The notes below the pieces were generated by a model. It had not been told where the DNA came from and did no database searches. It worked only from the letters and a program-made list of their open reading frames with translations. 64,000 bases of DNA from Nymphaea colorata (taxonomy: Eukaryota). How positions within the stretch are numbered: the stretch's first letter is position 1; the number at the start of each line of letters is the position of its first letter. The position numbers and the translations under genes are program-made. Positions 50,122 to 64,000 of this stretch are shown piece by piece. Location: contig NC_045138.2 in the NCBI RefSeq assembly GCF_008831285.2, positions 41,168,001 through 41,232,000 of the forward strand. Reading direction: 5' to 3'.

Positions 50122-53100
50122 TTCCTTTTTGCTGGTGTGGAGTAAATAGCGGGGCGGTCTAGGATGTAAATTTTTAGCAAGTGGCTGGCTTTTTTAGTGT
50201 TGCAGCCGTGTAATTGATGAGCAGTTGCATCTTGAGGTAATTTGTATTCTGTTTTTGGAAGCTCCGTCTCTCCCTCTCTCTCCTCTCTCTTTCTCTATCT
50301 CTCTCTGCACCCTCCATTTTCTACAGTAGAGCCAACATAATTAGCTGATCCCAACTTAACGGTTGTATATAAAGCAACTGTATATTCTTTTTTCTGTGTG
50401 ACTAAATCTGATTTTTTTTTTTTTTTTTGATTCAGGAGTGGATTGTTATCTGAGTTTTTAGTTGGGTTGACCACACCCATCCTTGTACAGGTACATTTTG
50501 TCTCTTTGGTACGAATATTGCAAAGTTCTCCATAATTCTTTTCAGCATCATAGCTTCTTCTGATTGGTCTTACACTCTAATTGATGATACCTTCTTTTAG
50601 TTAATTGTAAACTGTGCATAAAATTTATTTCCTCTGAAGAAGTCTCCGAGCGTGAGAATCTCTCTCTAATTCACTCACAGTTTGTATCATTTCATTATTC
50701 TCTGAAGGCAAATCTAGTGATACGGCTGTTGTTGATTTGCATGCCATGCTTTATTTTCTATCAGCTCAACAATATTAATGAAAAATCCATTCCTACTTTG
50801 GACATTTTGCTTCCTTCCAGATAAATGTTTTATTTAGCCAAAAGCCTGTTTTCCATTACTTTTAATTACAAAATTCGCTCCTTGTGGTACTGATGAACCT
50901 GCTGTAGTTACGATCGCTAAGAGCCATCAAACCACAAGGCTCTGTGCTGCAAAAGGCCACAGAAATTCAAGTTTAGTTGGCACAAAAATTGGCGAAGGGC
51001 CTGCCAGTTTGTGCTAACCTCCTGGGTTCAGTTTTACAATGTACTGATTTTTATTCTACAAGCAAGATTTGTCGGACCTTAAAAAACAATGATCTGCAGC
51101 GGACAGGAGTTTGTGTGGCTGTTTTTGCACACGTACGTGTGGGTCAATATTGCATAGCCACAAAAATGAAAACTGTGAAGTTGCTTAGGTGGAAAGCAGA
51201 CTGGAAGTGTGAAATAACTTGAAAATATTTGAGACGTGAATTATGAAGTTTTAAATGCGGAAACACAGAAAATTATCAACGTATATAATGTGTAAGTAGA
51301 GAATATCTGAAATAATGCATAAATTTTACTGCGACGGAATTAGAATTATATGCGCTTGAGGTACAAAACACTGTTAAACTTTTTAAAAGGAAGGCGTGAT
51401 CTGAATGTACAGTAGTTTTATACCGAGAATTTTTCCAAACGTCATTGCTTCTGAAGTTGTTCTGCCTTTTGATACGTGGAACCCAGTTCAAAGTTAATGC
51501 GAAAGATGTATATGTCAATTATGCCATAACTCTCTCTCTCTCTCTCTCTTCCATACACCCACACATGCACAGACAAACAAAAAGGTGTATCTTGATGACA
51601 CAGAAAAAATAGTAACCCCTTGAAGCTTTGAATATTATAAAGAATAATCTATCAAATTAATCTCTTATTACAAAACATAGAATGCGGAAAGTAAGAAAAT
51701 TTGTTAGACAAAAGCATAATATCCTTGTCGAGAGAAAACTAAGAACAGGAGGAAAGTATTAAACTCCAACAAAACTGTGTATTTGTTTTCTGGAGAAGAA
51801 GGTTTATGCCCATGCCGTGTATTTATCATAAGCAGAAAATAGTTTTGCCGTAAGAATCAACTATTATTTTCGGGTAATGGAACAGGCAAATGTTATGCCA
51901 ACAAATGGATAATAAACGACGTGCTTTCCCTGCAGGGAAGAACGACCTGGCCTCTTGATCCTACTTGTGGTTTTCAAGTGTAAACCTGGGAAAAAAAGAA
52001 AGTGGTGAGCTATAGACCATGAAGCATATACTTTTGTGTTTTTCTATGAACCAAAATTCCAGGACTGCAATCTACTTCCCTAGTGCCATCGGTTTGATCA
52101 TTTGCAACATGGAAGATGCCATCCATGTGGCCATTTTTCATAAGAAGCACTGACGACAAGTTTTGGTGCTTTCTTGACGTGTTCTGGTAACTTTTGTCCC
52201 TTGCTTGATTACAGATGAAGCTTGTTATGTGCTGTCATATTGTCCTCCAAAACCATTCTTAATAGTTTGCTCGTTTTGGTAGTGTGAGGAATGTTCTTGA
52301 ACCATCACTCGATTTCAAGCTAAGCGCCTTGCACCTAATAGGTTGCAAAAGTGTTGGATTTGATGTTCATGATATTTTTTTCCTTTTTTAAATCAGATCC
52401 AGTTCATAGCTATTATCCGATTTACTTATCCACTCTCGAACTAAGCAATCTAAGCTCCTTCTAAACTAAGCTCTTTAGCTTTTCCCTTTTCAAGAGGAAG
52501 TTGAAGAGAAACTCAGTTCTGAACCGTATTGAGAGTAGTGATAAACCATTTCGTTGTACCTCCCTCGCTCTTAGTTGTATGGTTGCAGTTTTTTCATGAC
52601 TGCCTGCTTTGGCCCCCACTAATGGGGAACAAGAAGCCAAGACTCTCCGTTCTTTTCTATTGCCTTCAGGGGATTGCATTGGCTTGCATAGGGAGTTGCC
52701 GCCCAAATACCCACACCTTACCCCTGAACTCCCTATGCCAAAGCATTACCAGGATTAAATACTTATTTGCTTCAAAGATCACCTGTGCAATGTTTCTCTG
52801 TCAAGCACAAACTTTATTAAAAATCTGGGAACCTTCTTCATAAGGAGTGCAGGATAAATGAAATGTTATGTCTTCGTCCATAGGTAGGGAGTTTCATACA
52901 AGAAAGATAAAGGAAAGCCATCTCCTCCTTTTTCAAGTGAACTTTGTAAAGGAGGGTCGTGAAAGACTATATCAAGGCCCGCACTGCCATTCAGCAGCCT
53001 GAAAGCCTAAGATTTCTCATGGTAGTGTCCTGATAAAGCCTGGTGTTTGGAGTTCACTGGAATTCCCTCTTAAAGGGTACCTTTTCATTGTTTAAAATAA

Positions 53101-55266
53101 ATAAATAAAGTAATTGGTAGATCAGGAACCACTGCATCAGGGATAAAAACCAGACTCCTCAAAATTGATTGTTTAAACGTTCTTTCTTGTGCAATCCAAC
53201 CATGTAAATGTGATCTTAAGAATGTTTTAATGGTAAGTGCATATTAAGTAAATCCTTTTTTGAGTCAAATAGTGCTTTTATAGTAATAGGAAAATTAACA
53301 GCTCTTATAACGTTAAAAGTCACTAGTAAAAAAAAAAAAAAAACCTATATTTTTATATAAACAACTTGAACTCAGACTTGTTTTACGTTGAAGTAGTGCT
53401 CATAAATATTCTCTATTCTTCATATTTTTTAAATAATATGATTTAACAATTATTTAAGATCAAGTCTGGTATTTATCCCTGACCCAAGTTGCCTCCGATA
53501 TGCCAATTGTCCTATATATCCATAGGGAGGTGCACTTTAATAAAGGCTGCAGAAAGAACAGATCCTTTCAAAAAGTGTGATCTCTAGACCTTGTTGCTGC
53601 TGTCGCTAAGAAAGATGAACAAAAGCAAGCCATACGGTGCATTTACTTTTATTGGTCACCTGAGTCTTAAAATTTTCAAGGCAGTGCTTAGCCTTTGAAG
53701 CAATTGCCGAGGTTGCTGAACTTTGACAATTTGTGCTTTAGCAGTAGTAAATCCGAATTCAAAAGTGGCACGCAATCATCCAAAGAAAGCAAAGGTTGAA
53801 GCCTAAGGTGCTAACTGGAAAAAGATGGACTACAGGCAGCTGATATGCAAACTAACTCAGGTTATCAATTGAAATTTGAGGTGGTTACGTGTAAAGTTTG
53901 TCACATTTGGGACACCTATTTGTAAATTACTGACATGAAATTACAAAAGTAGAGAGGTGGGAAGAGCCTCTTCTGCATCTGGCAAGTACACTCTGCGGCC
54001 ATCTTTCAGTTATGGATCTTCCTTGGATAAAAATCCAACACTCGCTTCTGGGTCCTCACCTCTCCTTGTTGAGAACTTGGATCTGGTCCGAACCAGAAGC
54101 CTGGACACAGGCATCATATACCAGTGATTGAAGTAGTGTTGTCAGAACCGATTCGCTGGCTGAATTGGTGTTTTAAAAAGAAAATCATATATTTAAAAAT
54201 TAAATTAATTAATCAAAACAATTGATTAGAAATGTTAAAGTAATAAGCAGTATTCAAAAACTGAAACTTGGCAGTCATGAATCGGCTAAGAATCAAGTCA
54301 ATAGGTGCAGCCAAGTGTAGGCTATGTGTGGGCAATTGCCCACATAGACCCAAAAAGTTTTTATTTTCGTATTAATGTTTCAGGAAAAATTTTCTCATTT
54401 AGATATTGGTGTTCATTAAAATTTCACAATTGTATATCCAGTACCCGTCAAACAGAAATTTTTCTAACTCCAATCCTACCTCTTATTAGATTTAAATCAA
54501 CAGATCCAAGTCAATTTTAATGGCAGTTGTTTGAAGTAACTGCAAGAGATGAAATTCAAGATCAAGTCTTTGCCTGAAGTACTGTATTTGGCACCGCAAA
54601 AGGCCAATTATTGACCTGCTTATGTTTTTCATTTTTTTTTTCCTTTCGAAAAAAGAAATCTGCATTAGGAAAGAGGCGACTGTAGATATGACAGGTTGAA
54701 TCAGCAATGTTAAATCTTCGAACTCAGAAAGTGCAAGAAAGAGGCCACCGACAGGCCGAATCAGCATAGCTAGATCTCGGAACTGTGGTGGCTTCTCCAT
54801 TCTCGACAGATTCTGCAGCATTATGAAAGAAAGCGAATTGGGCAACAGTTCCTTGGGATGCCCAAAAGGACCGGTGGGCCAAACGCACCTGAACTTGACT
54901 TCCAAGGGGAGGCAACCTCTTGGCCTTCATTATTTCAAAGTAAAAGATGAATCAGCATTTCCATCCCACTTGTCTTCCTTGAATTGATTTGTACTGTTCA
55001 GTCGCGGCCAAATAAAGTCCTACAAAGCATCTCGTATTTCCCTCTTCATGAATGTATAGTGTACTCCCTCTCCCTCTTTTTTCTCTCTCTCTCTAAAGCA
55101 GAAACAGTTTTCATCCCAAGAACATTGAACTAGTAAACTTTCAGGTCGACCTTTTTGCAGAAAGATATCAGAAAAATGTCATTGTGAAAAAGGACACTAA
55201 AATTAAAATCCATCACCATATTTCTAGTGGGACGCCACACTAGAAATCTCTCTCTCTCTCTCTCTT

Positions 55267-55346
55267 CATGTGTTCATGTAGTTGGAAGTTATCTACTGTG
55301 CCACCATGTGTTCATGTAATTGGGCGTTATCTACTGTGCCACCATG
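55267..55346. repeat. Near-perfect tandem duplication, 38-bp unit x2
   Basis: catgtgttcatgta(g/a)ttgg(aa/gc)gttatctactgtgccac at 55267 and 55305. Confidence 0.92.
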
Positions 55347-55525
55347 CATGTACTACATACTCTTTTTCTTTGTGCTCCTTGTAACATGAAAATATATGAT
55401 GTGGGAGAATCCCCAAGAATCTTCTGTTGCTTTTGGTTTTGAGCCAATGCCTCTCAGTGCCAGCTTTCTTGCCTCGTCTTTGCGGTACAACATCTCATGC
55501 GCTTACTGCTGCATCTTCGGCACTA

Positions 55526-55560
<35 letters not shown>

Positions 55561-55876
55561 TATATATATATCAGCAATCCATTACTTAGCCCATGTGGCC
55601 CCATCTAGCTGGTTCAGCAAAATTTCAGTTGGTTCCTTCAAATCGAACTTCACAGATGAACTTGGAAAGTTAAATCTATAAGTTAAAAAAAAAAGAAGAA
55701 GCAATATTTGGTTCATGGACTGGACTTTATAACCCTATTTGATAATGTATCTAAAATAATTTTCTTTAAAGCCTCATGAATTCAAATTCACGTATTAAAT
55801 TTTGACAAAATAATTTTGGACCTTCTGATTTCATTAATGAATCAAATTTTAAAGTGTCCAACGCACACACACACAC

Positions 55877-55877
<1 letters not shown>

Positions 55878-55967
<90 letters not shown>
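55878..55967. repeat. Long (TA)n microsatellite (90 bp)
   Basis: Read directly from the sequence. Confidence 0.98.
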
Positions 55968-55969
<2 letters not shown>

Positions 55970-58900
55970 TAAAACACATGTAAAGAATCATCATGGCCAT
56001 TGATTTTTTTAAGAGAGAGATTGGCAGATACGAGAACCTTAGGTGTTAGAACCATAATGAATCATCTTATTTTTCTCTTAATCATTCTTTAAATAGCAAA
56101 TATGATTCATTATCAGTCTATGGGTCTGGTACTTATCAAGTTTTATATTATATATAGTTCATGAGATATGACTAGTAATACTACATGCGAGCACTTGTCA
56201 TGCGTCATTCTCAACCTTAATTCAACATGATTAGATGATTTATAAATAAACGTAGTATAGAAAAAAATCAAAAGTGAAGGATACGTGCCACAAACACCAA
56301 GAAATTAAATCAATGAGATATATGCTGGTCTCCTTTTCCGATGGAGCAGCAGTACTGTATAATGATCGATATATTAAATGGATTGAAAAGCATGACAAAA
56401 ATATTAAATTTAAACTATCAAGATGATTATCATAAAAAAGTACAGAACCATTCAATGTATACTGACCCTGTTGCATTTTATTGCTCTCCAATTATTAAAA
56501 CTTGTCAACTAGTGGTTCATAAAACGGGACGTCCGTCTATGTGGGCCGTCGGACATGATCGGCATTACTTTCGTGCTAATGTGGAGTGCCCGTTCCGCTC
56601 GAGCAAACAGACCGTCCATTCGTCCTGTTCCTGGAACGCCAGAAGCAGGACTCATTTGTCCCGTTCATGTTTCAACCAATTTGAGCCACGGGACTTCCAA
56701 TGTTTGAGGTTCGGATCGTACAGGACGCCCCTTAGAGGGCATTTGATCTCGTGAATGTGTTCATTTTAGTTCGAAACATATTCATAAAACACTGTGTTCT
56801 AAAAAATGCAGTGTTACTGTTACCAAACACCTTGTGAAAGATGTCAATGTTTCAATTATCATTTTAAGCTCATTAGTTGAATCATATTCATATGAGTAAA
56901 AGAATCCAAATCCAATTGAAATTGTAATTTGAATTTGGTGGAGGATTTCTTGTACTCAGACTCAACATATACCCGAGTCCGATTATAGCTTTCAAGCATA
57001 TTGAATTCGATCTGTTGACATCCCTAATAGCCACAAATCTTTTGACGCGACAACCATATCGGTCGCAGCGGCATAAAGTGAAGGGAGTGGGGCCCACCAT
57101 GAGCTTTCATGAACAAGTCTTGGTAAACCACTTGTGAGTATTCTTTGACAACCTTTTGGTGGCTGAGAAATGGAAGCTTTGATGGCAGAAGGCAATGAAT
57201 ATGCAACAGCAGCTAATTGCCATAGGGCTTGGGTTTCATAATTACAAAGAACATATCTAAGAATCCTACTTTTACAAGCATCTTTCACGTGGACTTGTTT
57301 TGATGACCGCATTTTAACCAGAAAATTATCTTGGTGAAAAGATACCCCAGTTCTAAATTTTATATATATAGTGATTTTGACTTATAAGAGTCATCCAACC
57401 ATCTAATCTAATCGAGACTGTTTGATCCATTATAAATGGACAAGAAAAAATGATTGCATTTTAGTCATGACAGCTCTGGTTATTTCAATTCACCCCCATA
57501 ACTGTAACGACGAAAATGTCAATTTTTTTCTCTCCTTGTTTTTTTCTTTAACTGTTCATTACGATTCACCAAACAGTTCTAATAAGATGAATTGGGTAAG
57601 AAAAGTTAGAAATAGAATTGCCATTATATATATATATATATATATAAACCTTTTAGCTTGAGGGGAAAAATTTTTTCTCTCTCACAGCACATCGTTCGAT
57701 GCACAATACATCAAACAACTGTGATTTGGAGCTCAAAATAGTTATAGTATATATATATATATAAAATCTTTATTTTTTCAAATCCTAATAATTTAATTTT
57801 TATTTATATTATTTTCTCCTCTTTTCCTACTTTATTAAATGTAGGAAATATAATGATAAAAATAAGAAGGAGTACGTTGTGAAAATATGATACCATAATG
57901 TGTTGGAATCCAGCTCATAGAAGCAGTAAAGCAGCTTGTATCAGCTGATGCACATGTGTCACGTGGTCTGTATTCGGCGACAGCAAAACTGATATCTTTT
58001 TTTCTTTTTTTTATTGGAATTAAATATATTTTAATTTTCAAAATATATACTCATCAAAAAAATTCAAATTTTCTAAATTAATAAAAAAGTGACGAAGAAA
58101 AGCAGGCAAGTTCATCCAACGCGTTCTTTTTAATAACAAAACCAACAGAATTAATATAAAATTGTGAAATATGCGAGAAAAAGCCAAAAAAAAGGGAGGA
58201 AAATAATGATATGTTGAGCAATAAAAAAAAATCCAAAACAATATATCTTAAATCTCTATTGTTTTCTCACTCTTGTTTTGTGAAAGAAGCAAGTCAATAC
58301 GGTTTAAACACAAGGATCCGTTAGTTTTGGATCCATTCCAATCATCACGTTGCTCTTTACAGCCCAAATCTAAGTTCCCATCACCTATGGATCCGGTCAA
58401 CTGCTTTGGATTATCATGATAATTCATCAACCTCTCAAATATCTCTCCGCCTTCCCGTCTGGAATATGTTTTCTTTGTTCAATCCATATCGCAACCGATT
58501 CAATCCACACTTGTTTTTCTCCTTGATTTTGAATTTGGATAGTAATGGATTTGGATTGTCCTTATCTTAATCTTCCACAATTCTTGCACCCAATTGAATT
58601 TATATGAATACGAATCAAATCCAGAGTGGAAAGCAATAGATCTAAGAATCCCATCTCATCTCCAAATTTAAAAAAACTATAAACAAGTTTATAATACTTC
58701 TATATCAATACTGCATTCTTCCAATGTCCAGTCTTGATTAGCCATTAGATTTGAAAGAAAAAGATGCTCTCTGCATAGAAGATGAACCAGCAACAAGGAA
58801 AGAGAGAATTCCAATTTTATATATGAGAAGAGGAGGCAATTCAAAAATCTATATTATAAGCACATACATTTCCATATTGGCAGTTCTTTTCGATTTAAAT

Positions 58901-59262
58901 ATCTATACGTTAGTGCTTCTTTCACCAAAATTTTTTGCTCCCCTGCTGATTTTAATGGCGGCAAGATTAATTAATTTCCATTGTACAATGGAGAGAGAAG
59001 AAGAGTTTTTCCAGTCCAGTTGGCCGGTGGAAAGGAGGGACCCGGTGTTTGGCTCACATCAGCTTCATAATTAAATAAAAGTACAACCACGTTAACATCA
59101 CCGTGGATTCCAATGCTTTTTTGTTTTTCCTTACTGGCATGAATTTAAAAAGATTCCGATTGTTGGCCAAATATTTTGTTTTGAAGCGCAAAAAGGGATT
59201 CACTTTTAAAACTGTCTCTTATGGACCTTTGATTTGAAGGCCTTTTCGGCGTTTCGTTACGA

Positions 59263-59570
59263 CATTCTGCTTGCGATGGTAAATGAACAACCTGATGTTT
59301 CATAACAAAGTTTTACTATGTGGCGTCATGTGTATGTGAAATGTCTTAATAAATAACCGCCTCTGCTTTGTTTTATTGAGAAAAGCTGATTTGGTTTAGA
59401 AGGCTATTTGAGTGTTAGGGCATTCTGCATGCGATGGTAAATGAACAACCTAATTTTTAGTAATGACATCGTATTATTAGAGCATTTTAACTATGCACTT
59501 AAAATGTTTTAATAAATAACATGCTCTACCTTGTTTTACTGGAAAAGAAAAAACCCTATTTGGTTCAGCC
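59263..59570. repeat. Diverged tandem duplication, period about 158 bp
   Basis: cattctgc(t/a)tgcgatggtaaatgaacaacct at 59263 and 59421; ttaataaataac and ttgtttta collinear in both copies. Confidence 0.85.
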
Positions 59571-62527
59571 CAAGTTGACCGTTTAAAGGTATTATGGTCA
59601 TTTAAGAAAAGAAAATTTTTCGTATTCCACAGTTGTCCTTGTTAGATTGTTTGACTAAGAAGAGGGTTAGTTATGTCATTTCAAGCCTTAAACATGTTGG
59701 GCACCTAAACATATAACTTGGTCCAATGATACACGGCGCCGTTAAGAAAGTTGAACATATGGAGACTGTATATGGGATTACAGAAAAAAGGGCGTTCGAA
59801 AGAGAAATTTTTCTTCTATTTGACAGCAAAGAAAGATACTGCTCGGTAGTCACCCATTACTACGTACTAAATTGGATTCCGTCGTGTGAAAGTCCCTTTC
59901 ATTGCTAAAATCCAAAGTTGGATCTCTCTCTCTCTCTCTCTATTTCTCTCTCTAACTTGTCACCCACTTAAAAATTGTTTATGTAAACTAATACTACTCT
60001 TTCTCTCTCTAACTTGCCACCATCCCTTTTAAATTTGCTTGTGTGAAACCAATGCTGCTTTACTCTCTTTCTATCTCTACTCTCTCTCTTTCTCCCTCTC
60101 TCTCCAAGTTGCAACTCCTTCAATTGGATGTCTGGCCACTGCATGAAAAGGATCCCATCATAAATGTGAAGTGCACGCATCGATTCTATGCATTCAATCG
60201 CTTAAATGAGAACAATCACAGTGCAATAATTGGAAGATTGTAAACTTTTCAATGCAGTCAATGAAGGCTCGAAGACTTTTCTCATCAAACCCATGCTTTT
60301 AAGCCTAATTTGATAAAGTGCCTCGTATTTGAGACAATTCAAGTTTGCTGCATGACACAAAAGCGAGGCTTTGAGCTGTTACCTTTCTGAATGTCTTAAA
60401 AAAGAAAACAAGGTTTAGAATAATTAATGGGAAATTAACCTGATTTATAGTGCAAAAATTTGGGGTTTCATTTGATGGCCCCCGGGATAATTAAATGCGG
60501 TTCATGTAAAAAAAAAACGTAGGACCATCTCAAGATGGTGTATGGGAAATAGATACAAATTTTTGGTTCTTAACTATAAAAAAAGGTAGATTCACTAACG
60601 GCCAAAAAAACGGCGGTAAAAAATAAGAAGTAACGTTGGTAAAACTTTTACCAACGCCAAGTAGAATCCGTCAGTGAAGAGAAAAAGAAAATAAAAGTGG
60701 TATCTGGTTCCTTATCAGAACCGAACCGTCAGGGTACTTTTAAATTTTGGATTTAGAGAGAGAGAGAGAGAAAAAAAAAGATTCCCAACTGAAAGATCAG
60801 CCAAGGACATTGAGACTTTTCTTTTGCGACAAAAAATCACTCGAGTTTTCTTGAATGTCTTGACTGACAAGTAGTACTTGTCTTGTTTTTAATTTGTCTC
60901 TTGTAACAATTGCGTTCTGTTTTCTTCGAAAGGTTATTAAATGTTTGGGTCCGAACAGTTTTAGTTTTGAAAATACAAATAAGCTCACAAGTAATGCTAG
61001 GTTTTATTTTTTTTTAATTAATTTTAAAATTTGAAATTGCTTTTCAATTAAAAACAGAACAAAACTCAATGCAAACCAATACGCAATAATTTGGTGTACA
61101 TGATACCTTTTATATGATCACCAACAAAGCTAATAGTACAATTTGGTGTTAGGGCATTTTACTTACGGCGATAAAATATTTTAAGAAGTATGATTTTAAA
61201 AAAATTAAATATAAGTATTAAACATTTCTAAAAATCCTGTAACAATGTTAACTAACATGAGTGAAGAAAACTCATATAAAGACAAAATGGAAAACTAAAA
61301 AATTATCTTCCCCCATTTAGCTTTATTTTTAAGCTGAGATACTTAACTAAGTGATTAAGTAGCTGTTAAAGGATTATATTCCCTTCTAAGGAGCTTCATG
61401 TGATAGTATTTTAGGAATCTACCCAATGTTTGGGACAGTTTCATTGGACAATAACAAATTGTTACTGATGCCAAACATCCTCGTAATGAAATCAAAGGGC
61501 AGAGCCAAACGGGGGCGTAGGCCCAAAGCGCTACCCTTGAACTAAAAGTAATAAAATAAAATTTGTAGAGAAATATTTCGTTTAATTTTAAATATGCAAA
61601 CAACATCCCCTTTTTCCACGATGTTGGATGAAATTAACACATTTGATTATAACATGTGGTAAGCGAAGTTTTTCTTGAGTGGATGAAACCTCTCAAAATC
61701 AAACTTCCTACATTATAGTCTAAGTGCATGTTTTGTAAAAAATTTAATTTTTGTAAAAAATAGTTTTTCGATCATGTTTTAATTTGTTTGTGTCTTTGAT
61801 GAGACACCCAAAACTTATTTTTTCAATAATCATGGGGAACCTGTTTGTTCTCCCATTTGAAAATCAAGTTTTCTCAAAGCTCAATATAACTCTATTTTTT
61901 GGAAAATCTGGTTTTGGTGTCCTCCAAACACTCCAATAACTTCGATTTGGAGGCAAACACATGCATCACATAAATCTCTATTTTTTCAAGCAAAATCCAC
62001 TCGAACTTGACTCTTGTCAGCTCCAACCAATTCAACATTGACAACATGGTTGCATTTAATAGCCTCAAATCTAATATCCGAGGCTGCATTAAAAGGCGTG
62101 TTTTGAGAGAACTTAACTTTGAACAAGTTGACGATCTCGTAGCATGGATTTCAAATTCATGCTACATGTTAAAACCAAGGATTTAAGATCAGATTAGGAG
62201 AAAGGGGCATTAAATCCATAGATTTGAGATCCTACAAATCTCATATCACCATGAATCTGAGCTCTACTGATTTGAGATGTGCGGTGAATCAAACACAACT
62301 TATATGTTGTAATGGTGAGACAAGTGTCTTTCTTTTACAGCAGAGCCAAATGGGGGTCAAAGGGCTATAAGCCTCCATTGAACCTTGGAAATGCTTGAAT
62401 TTCTTGCACCACCCATGATCTTCTTCAACCCTGACTAGCATTTTTCTCAATAGAATTTTATTGGTTGCTCATCTTATGCAATAGTTTCAATTTTTTATCC
62501 TTGAAAGCAATATTAAGAAATAAACCC

Positions 62528-62529
<2 letters not shown>

Positions 62530-62604
<75 letters not shown>

Positions 62605-62616
62605 TATATATATATA
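62530..62616. repeat. Interrupted (TA)n microsatellite
   Basis: Read directly from the sequence. Confidence 0.95.
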
Positions 62617-64000
62617 GGAAATTTCAAATATATTGAAAGTAAAAAAAAATTACCATTAAAAGTATCATAAACCGTTGTTTAAAAGAACATAAACCATCAC
62701 TGCATTTTAGTAACAAATTTTCAATTCTTTATCATAAAACAACATCCAACAACCAACAGATTAGAATATACATGTTACAATAGTAAGGTTTAAGGGTTTC
62801 TTTCCGAGTGAAATTGAAAAATAGTGAGAAGCACAACTTGCTTAAAGCATAAATAAAGGTCCGTATGCTTCGCAAACATAGCTGAAACATATAATAATTG
62901 ATAAAATTTTTAGAAAAGGGTGCTACACCAAGATATGTTCATATGTATCTACTTTCTTTAGAAAAGAGAATAACCACCGTAGGATTAGAAATTAAAGGAC
63001 GCTGTCAAAGATCTTGTTTCTGGAAAATCTCAACCAAGAAGATTTCCTGATCACTTTTGTTGTTTCCACAAGAAAAAAAAAAGAAAAGTATGGAAGTCAG
63101 GTGGTATGTGAAATATACAAATTCGTATGAACATAAATATAATAAATTAGATCAAAAAGTTAAAGAAGGGACTATTTGATCAAGTTGGTATACCACGTTC
63201 ACTTGAAAATGTGTATATTTTAAGAAAAAAACTCAAAACTTTTCGTTAATTATTTATAGTTTATTTCATTATTGTAAAAAAAATAAAAAAAAAAATTAAC
63301 GTCATTTTAATATGGAAATTTTTTAGAGAGAGAGAGAGAGGAGTGGGTCCCATTTCTGACTCTAACCCGCACTCCCATGCCATAGATGAGGGGTCTGTTG
63401 CAGAGCTGTCCTTTGGGCACCCGTTTGTTCCTTTGTCAGGTTTTATTGGCCCTCATCTTCTTGTCGCGGTTAAAAAATCGAGGAAAAAGTCTGACGAAAT
63501 TAATAAAAATAAGTTCTTCGGTGCATCGGTACCTTCGTTTTTATTTTGTATTTATTGATAAATAACTTTACATATTTTTGCTCTAACGGCATAATTTGGT
63601 GAAAATATTATGTTAGTTTGATTCTAGTAGGTCTTATTCTTAAGAGTAACGTCAAGGTAGGATTAGCATGAGCTTTGACCCCATCTAAAAAAAAATAAAA
63701 TTTATATGTAAATTTTAAAAAATTTCATTTGTTATATATAAAAAATTAAAAAAATAATGTTTCGACCTTATGGCTCCACCCTTGGTTATTGGTCTCAAAT
63801 CTTAGCAATAAATACATTTACACTTTAATTAACGGGTTTCCTTTTTTTTTTTTAACATAGGTCCCAAAAACAATGTTAAACCTGAGAGCCACCACATGAA
63901 AGAAGGATCAAACGTTTTATTTTAAAGATGGTTCTTGATTTTATAGAAACAGCTTAAATGGTAGCTGCGAAGCATCTAGAAGAAGACATATAAGTGAGTT

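Noticed and set aside
60798..60807. cagccaagga, the start of miR169
   Set aside because: Only 10 nt match and no hairpin.

Overview
AT-rich, intron-containing flowering-plant nuclear DNA (not prokaryotic); it has the look of a water-lily (Nymphaea)-type genome, but that is only an impression. Two complete multi-exon genes can be built by hand on the + strand with GT-AG junctions in consistent phase. (1) 16694-21795: an 8-exon, 504-aa homeodomain protein with an RLT-like N-terminus but no DDT domain. (2) 34994-49978: a 9-exon, 1107-aa PRAF/RLD protein (PH, RCC1 repeats, FYVE, coiled coil, BRX). The rest is non-coding: many non-autonomous DNA transposons (several hAT-type with exact 8-bp target-site duplications, Tourist-type with TTA duplication, and a family bounded by TA repeats), SINE-like remnants, short tandem duplications and long microsatellites. 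I found no convincing new multi-gene system. The best leads are regulatory: five stacked uORFs before the PRAF/RLD start, a CpG-rich TCP-site/G-box cluster 2.3-2.8 kb upstream of it, and a uORF before the homeobox gene. Nearly all short ORFs in the supplied track are spurious.
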